Below are positions 12,101-22,589 of a DNA stretch of 64,000 nt, piece after piece. The translations under genes and the position numbers were made by a program. Location: the NCBI GenBank assembly GCA_002633005.1, contig NMRA01000315.1, forward strand, positions 34,855 to 98,854. The letters are read 5' to 3'. Positions within the stretch are counted from its first letter, which is position 1. The number at the start of each line of letters is the position of its first letter. The notes under the pieces are model-generated. The model saw only the letters and a program-made list of their open reading frames with translations. It had not been told where the DNA came from and made no database searches. This stretch comes from Phoronis australis (taxonomy: Eukaryota; Animalia; Phoronida).

Positions 12101-14126
12101 CTTAGCCCAAAAACAGCACGACACCATGTTTAGGTTAGTTTTGTGACTTGTTGTAAATTGACTTGTATGTTACATTGAGGAGCACGCGCATCTGCACGGA
12201 AATAAAGTTATGTAAAGGCTCAATGTTAACTGTCAAAAACTTTCCGGCACTGTTTTCATGAATATAATGTACAATAAACAGGAACAAGACAACAAGGCAG
12301 TGACATAAACGTCCAGTGTGTGCATGCGTGTAGATTATGATAGCATTACTTGGGAAGCAAAGGTGTGAATGACTGACAGAGTGAGAACTATCTCAAAAGT
12401 CATGTAGTTAGTTAAAGCCTTTTGAGGCTTAACCATTCTTAAAAACAAACATTTACAAGCATTTGTGGTTCTAGTTTCAAGGCCTATAAATAATATTTTC
12501 AAAACCAAGGCTATACGTAATACCCATTAGCTTGTGCTAAATTTGAACACTGACTGATTGCGTACATTCCACAATAACTCACTTAGTTCCCTGCCACCCG
12601 AGACTACTGCACTATTAACTTTTAAGTTAAAATGCTTGAACATCAACAAAGTAGCTTATACAAACACACAAAATAAAGAGAACTCACCCATCTTCTTCAG
12701 ATCAGAAAGAATGGACGCACATGTGAAACTGTTGTCCTCAATGTCTAGGTTAAGCGTGCCGGTGGATGGGAATGACCGCATGATTTCCGCTACCATTGAA
12801 ACCCACTGGTCTGTGTCCTCAGCAGCCAGTTCTAAGATCTCGTCTAGTTCAACCTTCCACTGGAGAGGAGACAAAATCACTTATTATTGCAATTCAGCAA
12901 CCGATTTATACAAAATGCAAAACCACTGTAAAATACATTCTGATGCTGAACAGAACCATCTAGCATGTCATACTTATTTTGACTTACTTTCTGCAAGTAT
13001 AGGTACACCAGCTTATATTTCTTAGAGCCTACATTTTCAAGGTTTTTACGTGGGTCTCTCAATGAATAGCATCAACGAGTGTAAAACGATACAAGGCTTT
13101 ATTAGAAACAGGACACACTTCCTTTCAGCACGTTCTTAAGAGTCTAAAAATATAAAACTAACATTACCTTTGGTACCATAAACCCTGTATGTGTTCAGTT
13201 AAAATGCAAAGCCCAGGCTTATACTAGTCCAACATGAGAATTAATCATTTATTTATAAGTGAATGTAACTATGAATAATATGTTTTGAGTTTTTCTCAGT
13301 AGTGTACAAGATGTAAAAAGCAAATTAACACTACGTTCTAAATAATGATATCCTATGACAAGCAAATTATTCATAAGAGAAGTACAACCAAGAACAGTGC
13401 GTAAATTTTCACTTGTTTGCCGCATTTTGTCCTGAATTGGTGACATTTTACAGTATTCTAATATGACAAAAATTTATCATGGCTTCAGTGATTAAAACGG
13501 TTAATGATGTTTTGTCATCAATCAATCACTGCCAACACGGTTGACTCACAGTGTCCCGTATTGAGGGCCATTTTCTATCTACGCATGCATGCCATTGGTA
13601 GGATATAGTGGACGATGATTTAGGGAAACAGGCAATCACTGCATAACTGGCACATTGGATGAAACTGGTTCTCTAAATCAGGGTCCACTATATCCGACCA
13701 CTGACTGACACTGCCCATTTGTACCTCCTCAATATTTCGGCGAGCCAGATGTAGGAAAGACAACATTAGCTTGACCTTGACATGAGGTTGCAAAGCTCGA
13801 AAACAGATGAGGATACTTTGCAGCTTGTCATGGCTCAACTGTGAGCAGATGGATTTACCTGGAAACAAAAAGGTTTTGCGTAAGAAATGTACACAGACTA
13901 TCGAAGACAAACGAAAAAGTTCGAGATGGTCACCAGTTATAAATGTGAAAAAAAACAAATAGGTCGATTCTACCACATCCAATGATTAGTGCTACGTATT
14001 AAAGGGTGTTATAAAAACACCCTGGAGCACAGAATTATTGTAACAAAACCCACCTGACCACAAATCATCGGTAGAACCGAGTTTGTTGTGGAGCCACAAA
14101 GCGGTGTCCCCATCCCTGGACGCCAT
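3004..14126 (-). CDS. NELFA: Negative elongation factor A (NELF-A/WHSC2), whole gene, 12 coding exons, ~490 aa
   Basis: Exons 14054-14126, 13725-13858, 12688-12859, 11204-11365, 9975-10064, 8674-8801, 7562-7625, 7198-7280, 5454-5529, 4494-4702, 3791-3890 and 3004-3185 all have GT/AG ends and compatible phases (1473 nt). Recognised motifs: LWLHNKLG, MLPLECxYLN, HFxLKRKPKSAxLRAELLQK, TPDYAAGL, KVTRPEKALILGFMAGSRxNPC. Confidence 0.96.
3791..3890 (-). CDS. NELFA: NELF-A exon 11 (REQMLEAQDMFRNSNKVTRPEKALILGFMAGSR)
   Basis: CCACAG acceptor, G|GTACGG donor; near-invariant C-terminal domain. Confidence 0.97.
3977..4191. mobile_element. Foldback/MITE-like imperfect palindrome in a NELF-A intron
   Basis: Arms of ~100 bp (ATATTGAAAAG...CAGTCAATGAG...ACTAATGATGTG) pair with CACATCATTAGT...CTCATTGACTG...CTTTTCAATAT. 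Confidence 0.75.
4494..4702 (-). CDS. NELFA: NELF-A exon 10 (Q/P-rich linker ending PPKKGLSLT)
   Basis: ACG|GTGAGA donor; resembles PKKNLSLT. The exon may start at 4702 or at the in-phase alternative 4693. Confidence 0.88.
4835..4918. repeat. Short inverted repeat (MITE remnant)
   Basis: GTCCAGGTTACTGCCCA pairs with TGGGCGGTAACCAGGAC. Confidence 0.5.
5454..5529 (-). CDS. NELFA: NELF-A exon 9 (SGPSYLPATVNRLPNPSIGGSATLP)
   Basis: TTTCAG acceptor, A|GTAAGT donor, phase-compatible; SYLP motif. Confidence 0.8.
6246..6756. mobile_element. Non-autonomous hAT-like DNA transposon with a 6-bp TSD
   Basis: Perfect 13-bp TIR CAGGGCTTGGAAT/ATTCCAAGCCCTG; TAGTAT duplicated on both flanks; CpG-rich interior with CGCGGAAA subterminal repeats. 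Confidence 0.85.
7198..7280 (-). CDS. NELFA: NELF-A exon 8 (ADAAEQQKKEKEAAATTPDYAAGLMPS)
   Basis: CTTTAG acceptor; conserved TPDYAAGL motif; donor TCG|GTATTA. Confidence 0.9.
7457..7562 (+). repeat. Degenerate ~28-bp tandem repeat abutting the NELF-A exon 7 donor
   Basis: About 4 copies of (G)ACAATTATGTGTGCACATGCTTATACT. Confidence 0.65.
7562..7625 (-). CDS. NELFA: NELF-A exon 7 (FLDITEMPLGAKEAKRRRKQQ)
   Basis: TTTTAG acceptor, G|GTAAGC donor; resembles LLDISEL...EAKRRRK (NLS-like). Confidence 0.92.
8674..8801 (-). CDS. NELFA: NELF-A exon 6 (PFRSLNRS...GRKEGGIK)
   Basis: TTGTAG acceptor, AAA|GTGAGT donor; resembles RKERGVK. Confidence 0.88.
9975..10064 (-). CDS. NELFA: NELF-A exon 5 (QEAASNKGKVTMNSIPVKMRSFAKKMDDA)
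   Basis: TTCCAG acceptor, T|GTAAGT donor, phase 1-1; resembles RGLLRKMDTT. Confidence 0.88.
10120..10382. mobile_element. Inverted duplication carrying two degenerate Penelope-type minimal hammerhead motifs
   Basis: Arms of ~120 bp. Each has CTGATGA-AGGCT...AGC(C/T)(G/A)AA..TTTC-TGGT. Confidence 0.55.
11204..11365 (-). CDS. NELFA: NELF-A exon 4 (MLPLECLYLN...KHFALKRKPKSAALRAELLQK)
   Basis: TTTCAG acceptor, T|GTGAGT donor; strongly conserved motif, absent from the ORF track. Confidence 0.95.
11452..11940. mobile_element. MITE with ~35-bp imperfect TIRs (Kolobok-like ends)
   Basis: Left end AAAAGTGACATAAGACTTAAAACAAAAATTTGGT versus right-end reverse complement AAAAGGGACTTAAGACTCAAGACAGAATGTGGT. 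Confidence 0.65.
12688..12859 (-). CDS. NELFA: NELF-A exon 3 (WKVELDEILELAAEDTDQWVSMVAEIMRSFPSTGTLNL...)
   Basis: CTCCAG acceptor, G|GTGAGT donor; resembles DPWVLMVADILKSFPDTGSLNL. Confidence 0.95.
13725..13858 (-). CDS. NELFA: NELF-A exon 2 (KSICSQL...VKVKLMLSFLHLARRNIEE)
   Basis: TTCCAG acceptor, GAG|GTAC donor; resembles VKLKLLLGTLHLPRR. Confidence 0.93.
14054..14126 (-). CDS. NELFA: NELF-A exon 1 (MASRDGDTALWLHNKLGSTDDLWS)
   Basis: ATG at 14126; matches the NELF-A N-terminus; donor G|GTGGGT. Confidence 0.95.
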
Positions 14127-14439
14127 TGTGGATTTTTACGGAAGTGACCTCTAGCGGTAAATTAATATCCTCAGATTTTTGATATATACGTTCATTAAAC
14201 AAACCCAGTCTATGGTTTTGCTGAGAAACGGTTTAATGACGTATAGTGAACAATTATCGCTGTACAGAATATTCTATTTCATAGTTGGTACCATTTTTTT
14301 ATAAAATGTCTTAAGTGCTTTCAACAGGGGGCGCCACAAAATTCTCGCTGGCTCCCTACCACCTAGCACGCAGGGAACCAGCGAGTGTGATACTTCCTGT
14401 GCTGTTTGGACTGGTCATGATTAAAGTTTGTGATTAATA
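14127..14439. promoter_or_regulatory. Bidirectional promoter between NELF-A and the PIGBOS1-like/Gemin7 unit
   Basis: 313 bp separate the divergent ATGs. ETS-type CGGAAGTG at ~14139, ACTTCCTG at ~14392, YY1-like CGCCAT at the NELF-A start. Confidence 0.7.
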
Positions 14440-14697
14440 ATGCCATTTATTCGCATTCCTGATGTGATAAGTAATATACCTAAATCGCAATATTTATTAG
14501 CCATTGTATTGGGTGTCGCAGGAGGGTATTATATCTACAAACCATATTTTATGAAGGACGAAAAGGCAACGGCAACTTCGCGAACTGACGACGCCGACTT
14601 CAGTGCCAGTGGCAGTGCCCCGGTCACCACACTCACTACCACAGCAGGCACAGCACCGGGCAGTGTAGTTGACATACCGAAAACAACAAGTGCATGA
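14440..14697 (+). CDS. PIGBOS1: PIGBOS1-like single-transmembrane microprotein (85 aa)
   Basis: QYLLAIVLGVAGGYYIYKPYF closely resembles the recalled PIGBOS1 core (QLLFATVLGIAGGVYIFQPVF). Single exon next to a promoter; AATAAA at 15242-15247. Confidence 0.8.
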   Translation: MPFIRIPDVISNIPKSQYLLAIVLGVAGGYYIYKPYFMKDEKATATSRTDDADFSASGSAPVTTLTTTAGTAPGSVVDIPKTTSA

Positions 14698-15655
14698 TTA
14701 ACCACAAAGTACCAGGGGTGTGTAGTACATTGTCATTAACGTAACCATACGCACAAAATTCCGTTTATGAAAATGACCCACCATCCAAAGACATTCCACT
14801 TTTTAAGTCTTAAAAGACTAGATTAGGCCTACTGCTTTTTCATCAAGGTTATAGCCAGTAGCCATGGCCCAGTTCTGACGATGGTATGGTGTTTATTTAG
14901 GTGTACTCCAGTTTTACTGACCTTTAAAAGCTACTGCCCTGGAGTGACTGGGTATTTGCTAAGTACTTGGTATGATTATATTCACTTGCAACACTGGGCT
15001 GCCACACACGTGCATTATGCCGTTATGGGCTATGTTAAGGTAGCTGGATTTATGATATCGTTTCTCATGAGGGGTACTCTGCTGTATAACTGATTCATTA
15101 CCCTAGTTTGGTCATACTAGACTCATAGCACTCACATGTATTTTTACCGACCGATAGTTATTGCAGAATCTGCACTAACTTTTGAGAGAAATCAAGCTGA
15201 AAACCACTCTGATAGATCTCATAAGTTCAAACTTACCTGTCAATAAATGGTGTCCTCGACATGTTCGTTGATCCTTTACTCATGCCATTAAGTTAAATGT
15301 AATTATAATACCATTGCAGTTTACTTGGCCACATGCTAAAAATCATCGTTGAAACAGACAGCCACATTTTCTTAAAGCCAAAGTCACATCTTATTTAAGA
15401 CGCAAAAGTGAGGGAGATAATCGCAGTTCTGGCATCGGGTGATGTGCTTTATGTTTTCATGCTCAAATTTGCATGCTGTAATATTAGTGAACAATAACAG
15501 AATTTTGAATTAAAAATTCACTTGCATGCCAACAGTGATTTCTATTTGAAAGTGGAGAGGTGGGACAGAGCCATGGGTTCCACTATTTGCTTTTTGACGG
15601 TAGCGGTTGATTTAGTAAAGTGGAGTTATTCCGATTTTATATTTCAGATGCAAAC

Positions 15656-15949
15656 ATGGAGGAGAAAAAATCACATGAAAATAATACAACCCATCAGGAG
15701 CAAAGGACATTCCTGCGAGAACGCTACCTACGTGCCTTGAGTTCATTGGTCGATAGGTCAGTCACTGTGACTATGTTTGATGACACTACCGTGCAAGGCG
15801 TGTATAAAGGATCTGATATCCACGGACAGCATTTGCTGATGGATCAGCTAGTGACACCTTTTGCTGTTTATCCAAACTCAATGTTAAGGACGTCGGACAT
15901 TTTTAGTATGGAATTTAGAAATCCAAATAGTGAGACAGCGCAGATATGA
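15656..15949 (+). CDS. GEMIN7: Gemin7 (Sm-like fold subunit of the SMN complex), 97 aa from ATG 15656
   Basis: EQRTFLRERYLRAL...QLVTPFAVYPNSMLRTSDIFSMEF resembles Gemin7 (LRERYLRSL...QLQTPIGV...LRCSDII). Acceptor TTTTATATTTCAG ends at 15647; strong AACATGG start context. Confidence 0.92.
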   Translation: MEEKKSHENNTTHQEQRTFLRERYLRALSSLVDRSVTVTMFDDTTVQGVYKGSDIHGQHLLMDQLVTPFAVYPNSMLRTSDIFSMEFRNPNSETAQI

Positions 15950-16041
15950 CGTGTGTGGTTAATAGTACTAATACATACAACAGTTACTGTACAACTGAAA
16001 ATAATGAGTTCTTTGGTCATTGCTACCTTTACTTGACTTTG

Positions 16042-16361
16042 GGCCTGTACTGCAGTTGACGTGGCTGTAGGCCTGTACTGCAGTTGACTTGGTTGTAGGC
16101 CTGTACTGCAGTTGACTCGGCTGTAGGCTTGTACTGCAGTTGACTCGGCTGTAGGCTTGTACTGCAGTTGACTCGGCTGTAGGCCTGTACTGCAGTTGAC
16201 TCAACTGTAGGCCTGTACTGCAGTTGACTAGCCTGTAGGCCTGTACTGCAGTTGACTTGGCTGTAGGCCTGTACTGCAGTTGATTTGGCTGTAGGCCTGT
16301 ACTGCAGTTGACTTGCCTGTAGGCCTGTACTGCAGTTGACTCGGCTGTAGGCCTGTACTGC
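16042..16361 (+). repeat. 28-bp minisatellite, ~11.5 copies, just downstream of the Gemin7 stop
   Basis: Unit GGCTGTAGGCCTGTACTGCAGTTGACTC, head-to-tail, few substitutions. Confidence 0.95.
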
Positions 16362-18020
16362 TGGTAAATTTACTATCTATTTCCCATCAAAATTAACAAC
16401 AGTTGGTAAAGTATCTAAAATATGCACAAAACACTTCTGTAAAACCTTGGTGATTATTTTGTTGTAATGACCTATCAAATGTTTAAGTACATGTGCACTG
16501 CTTACAGTATAAAATTAATGGACTTTTGGACTTTTTAAAAAAGTTTGAAATAACACTCAGAGGCGCATAATCTGTACTACTTTGTCTATTCAAGTATTTT
16601 AATGAACTGAGACTAGTAGTTTTGCCTGTGGAGTTGGCCACTGTTATAACTGTAATATAGGGCCCTTGTGCAAGCCTATGTATTAAGTCTATCAAGACAA
16701 CCAAACGATCACAAACATTAGTGATTTCCAACCACAATAATGTTATAAGTAAAGTGTTCCACAGCAATAGAAACATGGCTCGGCTATCATGTTACAATAA
16801 TGAGATTAATGAATTCTATCAACTGCTAGTTAGTTATGTTAATTAGCAGATGCCTAATGTGATTATTTAATAGTTTGTCTGTCAGCCTGTCAAGGCTATC
16901 TACTTTTATTAAGCTAGCACTACCAATGTGAGATTTCACCCTTGTCACCAATTACATTTTATGTACTTGCATATAAACAATGTTCAAGGAGATAGCTTCT
17001 CAAAATAAGTTATGAAATAAAATGAATTATGAAATGGCTCATTGAATGCTGGCGTTGTCACTAAAAAGTCCTCACTTGTCCACCATAACTTGCTTCATAG
17101 TTGTTGGTTCACAGGTCCTGTGTCATGTACTGTGATGTGAAGTGAGCATTCTGTTATGGTATTCTGTTTGACTGTTGCACCCGAACATATTTGCAAAATA
17201 TGAAACCATCGTTCATGCTACAGGCTAGCATAATTTTTGTTATCAATTTCTTGCTTCTAATTTGGCCAAAGTTTGATAAAATTATTGGAATTTTCTGCGG
17301 AAATGCAGATTTCTCAAAATTTGCTTTGCAAAAGCAGGGCAGCGTTCTGTAGATGTGAGAGACTAAGTCTTCGCACTATCAACATGCATTACAAGCATTG
17401 GGCGTCCTGGTCACACTTACGCGATTCTTTTGTCTATGGGACTCGGCCCTGGTCATTAATTACATTTTCCACCAGACATTGTATACACTGTACGTATTGC
17501 ATGTACTCTGTAGAAAGATGACTATTATTTGAGTACCAAATACAACCCGTGTCAATGTGTGCATGAGCACATGGAAATTTACGAATATAACACAGGTTGG
17601 AAATGGATAAAACAGAATAGTGGTTTCCGTAAGCCCTGTCCCAGTAAAACCGGTATGAGGGAAGCCACTTGAAATAAATAATAGAGTGGTTGTATTCAGA
17701 ACAAATGAAACATTAAGGGCTTTTTGTTCATCTTGCAAATATATCATATTTTCCGTTGTTTTGGTTCAAGGCAAACAAATTTTCAGGTTCGATTTCGAAT
17801 ACAAAGATTAGACCATGAGCTCAAATCCTAGCGTTTCCTCCAACGGACATCTAATGGTGGTGTTTAATCTGGTTGTCTTTCACCAGGAACACTCAATGTA
17901 CATCGAGGTCATTTGTATTTTTATTTTTTATCCCGCCGTTTCCGTCTCCTGTATTTCCGGTCCATTTCCCGAAAACTTTTTCCACGTCAGACATCGAACT
18001 GTTACGTGCAATCCAACCAG

Positions 18021-18171
18021 GCGTGCGTTCAGTAGACGCTAGGACTTGCGCTAGGATCTAGTTAAAACCTAGACAAAGTCACGTGTTCTCATTTAGAATG
18101 CACGGCAATATCCCACGTAATCTCGCGAAGCCTTGCTTTTTAGCGAGGTCCTAGCGTTACTGAACGGGAGG
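18021..18171. mobile_element. Small MITE
   Basis: CGTTCAGTAGACGCTAGGACTTGCGCT pairs with AGCGAGGTCCTAGCGTTACTGAACG. Confidence 0.6.
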
Positions 18172-19157
18172 CTGATCACCTGAAATGGGAGAGAGTGGAA
18201 GAAACGTAAACAAGACGAGAGAAACTACGCAAAAACACAAACTAAAGCTTGAGCTGAAGGAAAAATTAAAGCCGCACTGAACTGCTATCAACACGGAGTC
18301 CATTAATAACAAACCATTCCTCTTTCATAAACGCGATGGCGTAAATGGAAGTGAGTGGTGCGATGTCACTGTGCTTAACTTTGGCAGTTTGAGTGCACTA
18401 CGTGTAATGTTTTTTGACAAGAATGTCTACCGACTCTGACCCCCGACTATAAATCATGTCTTGCAAAAGACTACGAAGCACATTGATGCGACCTATGAGC
18501 TATAACCGTGATCATTCATTGGTGTGACAGTAGTATAAAATAGGAACCAGTGGCGTCACAGTTCCTACTTTTCGTGAAAGCGGGCTTATGTGCTTGCACT
18601 CGAACTGTTCTTAAACTAACTCCTCTTATTTTCGCAAAACAAGCATGTGTTGTTTTAATTGTTATACAATTTTAGGCATGAACAGTTTAGATATCTGGGG
18701 GTGAGTATTTACTCGCAACATTCCCTGTAGAGCTTGAAGACTCTCAAAACGCTTGGACACCACAAGTTTATTAATAATAAATGATTTGCAGTCAGCGGGG
18801 TACAATATTAGTTACAGTTCTATTGCATAAGGTTATGGAGGACCTTATTGTTGGTGTATGGAGTCAAATATCTACAAAAGTATCGAATTTAACTCACTAA
18901 AATTATACATTTTATGAAAGAATAACGCCTGTAGAATTTGATTTTTTACTTTATACCAATATGCTATTATTTGGATCACATGACCATGTCTTTTGGTAAA
19001 ATTTAGAACGGTAAAAAGAAACGTACTTCTATTGTGAAAACGGTATCAATAACATGGCCAAATTTCGTTCACTATGTTGAAGAGTAAAACCTCAAAACCG
19101 CTATTCAGTAACATTTTACACCCATTGGCCAACGATACTGTAGTACTCTGGTATTTG

Positions 19158-19420
19158 CGGAGTAGGGTTTGGTTTACCTAACAGAGCTAAAACTGCGAGC
19201 ACGGGGGTAGCAGGTTCGAGTCCGTGCTGAGTCTGCTCCCAGAAAATCACTTATCTCGTCGATAATAGTTCATGAAAATTCGTCATGTAGGCTAACTCCC
19301 TATAGATGGGGACACCCGAGGGGGTGCTAAGAGAAACGGGAACACCGTGTGTCTATTGCTGTTTGATTTACTTAAGGGATTTCTGGCTGTCTACCAAATG
19401 ATACTTAACATAAGCAAGTA
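19158..19420 (+). mobile_element. tRNA-derived SINE-like element
   Basis: Pol III B-box GGTTCGAGTCC at ~19213; no complete cloverleaf; 3' boundary uncertain. Confidence 0.4.
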
Positions 19421-21522
19421 GATATACAGCAAACCGATCAGAATACGTGCTAAATTGAGAATTGACCAATAAAGGAGGCATCTGACCTGGGATGTTTAAT
19501 AAGACGATTTCACTGCTTACAATGGACCAGGTGGCAAGGACTAGAGGATTAAGCTTTAGTAAAATGCAAAACATGAAGGTTAATCAAAAGTAAGCAAATT
19601 CAGAAATTATCTAACGATAAAGAGTGCAACAGGACAGCGGCATCTAAACGAACGAGGAAACGTGACGTAAACAAATTAAATATAATGAACTTGAGTGTGA
19701 ACCAAACTTGCACCTGTTAGGAAACTAAGACTGAAATGGATACAGAACGCTGTCTCTAGGTAATAATGGTCAACCTCCAATGGTGATTTATGAAACCATT
19801 ATTTATCCTCAAACTTTAATGAGCATTTTCCAAAAACTTCGAGGTATTAGAGGAAAACATTAAAATAAAATTGTCGGTATAGGGGGCACAACGATAGTCG
19901 GATCCGTCCGAACGTTGTTGTTCATTGAGATACGGACATCGAATGCAAATGACTCCGTGAGAATTCTACCTCGAGAGGCGATGAGGCGAATGTCTCACTA
20001 TTCCGGATTTTTTACTTGTCGAGAGCAAGTCCTCACAACATGCAGCTGTGCTGAGCTAAGTGCTTCGGCCGATTACCTTCGGTAGCCAATGAAAATGATT
20101 TATTACATCAGTCACCTGACAACAACAAATCTCTCTGGCACTGGCTCATCATTGTCTGTATCCATCGCTACTACAGTTGCGACTAATACTCGGAACGCAG
20201 TTTATATGTCAGTGAGCATTTTGCCTCGCTGGGTTTCAATGACTCCGGGCGTGAAGTAAATTTCACTCGAGCCCGGCAGACACTGAGCTGAGCACGTACA
20301 TGGTGCATTCCGTAAATTCAATTTCCAATACTCAAACTGAAAATGAGAGATCCAGTTTTTGTTCTATACCCCATTTTAAATTTGCCATCATCATAAACTC
20401 GTCCCATTTCACGACACCTCGTATTTCGTCAATAGACATACACAAGTCCCACTCTCGTCTAGAGGACTGTTCGTGATCGCACTGTAATAATTACCGCATT
20501 AGCAATGTTCCCACACACCGGCTCAAATAAATTGATATCTCATGGACTAATACTGTTTAATTTAATTTTTAACTGTTTGATTTCTGAAATTGAAGTCCGC
20601 GTTGAAAGTTAAGCCAGGAAATATGAAAATAATTAGCCAAACTATTTGATTTCAAGGTATTGTTTCAGTTCTGTGGTTCCCCTTGACGAATAGCTTATAG
20701 TAACTGTGTCCACCGTGCGAGTCATGAAAAGGAGCAACTGATGAACGGACTAGATTGATATCTGTTGAAACCAAATAGAAAATTTGATTTGAGTTCCATA
20801 TGAGATTTTTTATTTGTAAAACGAATATCGAAACCCCATATCCCATTTCCAATTGGCAGCTCAAATTGAAAGTTAAACACACTTCCGTTTCCCATGTTTA
20901 CGGTTTAAATTTCAAAATGTTATATTGAAGTCATGCTTGTGTTGGTGTTACAGACGTTAGTGAAAATAATGCTCACTGTCACGTAAATATATAATTTGCA
21001 TGGGCATGCGCATTAACACCATGTAGGAGGGAACAAGGTAGAGTAAACAACTTAACGATTTTTATGTTGGGCACTTGACAATGAAATTCATGGCTAGTAA
21101 ATGGCAAAAATGCGCTTGATAATAAACTTCTGATATCATTACAATCATAACGTGATTATTGCGACTATTGTGAATGACCGGCAACCAACAATGAACGTAA
21201 GTTACGGTATCATTTGTTAATTCTGTTTTCAAAAAAATATGGAAAACAAACAACTAAATACTAGATTTTAAACAAAATACGGGTTTTCATTTTCATTTTC
21301 ATTTTACAAATTGGAATACGAAATTGAACAAACATTGGATTTTCAATGTTCTTTTTGCATATTGAAAATTGAATTAACAAATGTGTCGTGTACGTATTCG
21401 GGTGTTTGTCTCGAGAGAAATTGACCTCACGCCATTGTTATCTGCGCTCAGCGAGGCCAAATGCACACTCTGACGTAAACTACGAAATGGTATAATGAAC
21501 AAAAGTCGCATTTTTCATTTTC

Positions 21523-21859
21523 CAGTGGCGGATTTAGGGTGGGGGGCAAGGGGGCGTGGCCCCCCTAAAATCCTAAAACTCTCCTAGATACCCTTTGGCA
21601 GTTCGGGGTGCGAATTGCTGACTAGCATAAGCGGCGCGCACCCGGGGTGGGAGGGGGGGGGGGTCGGGAGGCGAATGCAAAATGCACAGGCCTTGAACAA
21701 ACCCCGTTTACCGTTTTTTGTAGTGATAAGTTCCACAAACCCAAAAATTCGAGACTCCTGCATCATCGCTACATTTTAGGTTGAGCGCGCGCATATGGCA
21801 AAATTCTGGTTATTCGTGGGCCCTGACCCCCCTAACTCAAAATCCTGGATCCGCCCCTG
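21523..21859. mobile_element. Non-autonomous DNA transposon with a 5-bp TSD
   Basis: TIR CAGTGGCGGATTTAG/CTGGATCCGCCCCTG; TTTTC duplicated on both flanks; G/C-run subterminal regions. Confidence 0.85.
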
Positions 21860-22589
21860 TTTTCGTTTTGCATATTGAGAATTGCATTAGCGGAATGCAT
21901 CGTAATTTACTATTTACGGCGTTCCTTGGTGAAAGCATGCTTGAACACGCTGTGTCGCCGCGTGATGGGTCGAATTGGCTTGTGCTCATACAATAGCTCA
22001 ACTTGGGTTCTTATCTGATCTAAATACACTTAAAGCGGTGTAGCTGTCCTTGACTGAGTGAGCAATGTTTTTGTGACGATAAAAATTAATTACTGAGTAT
22101 CAGTATTTATGGATCGCTTTCTTTCATTATCCCAAGCCCACTGTCTGAACATATTTTATATTACCCTCACGTGGTAAAATTGACGTTAGGCGAAAGTGTG
22201 CGCCAGAAGTCATCAGCATGGGTTGCATGAGATTGTCTTCAAATAATTACCCTCAAGCCCTATCAAATAGAACGGTCTCTACACAGCGGCACTTGAATCT
22301 CGCGGTATTTACCCACGATGTTGTAACATCCATCAAGCCTCTGGCCTCGTTCTCACGCCACTGGAGTTTCCCAGTGGGTGCGTTGCTATTTTCAAGTTTT
22401 TCTCGATTGCATTAATTGCATTCCACCTTGCAATGCCGGCAAAAATTTACTCTTGTCAAATAATGGGAGGGTCTGACGGTAGAATTTATCCCTCTGCTTT
22501 TAAATTAATGAATCACTATGTAGTAATTAAATTCCTGTCCACCAAATCTAATTCGGGATCAAGCGGAAGTCACTTTCGTGCTCTCTAGA

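Noticed and set aside
12558-13025. 155-aa plus-strand ORF
   Set aside because: Antisense to NELF-A exon 3 with no independent coding evidence.
16042-16361. 28-bp repeat array resembling CRISPR repeat length
   Set aside because: Units are contiguous with no unique spacers, there are no cas genes, and the context is eukaryotic.
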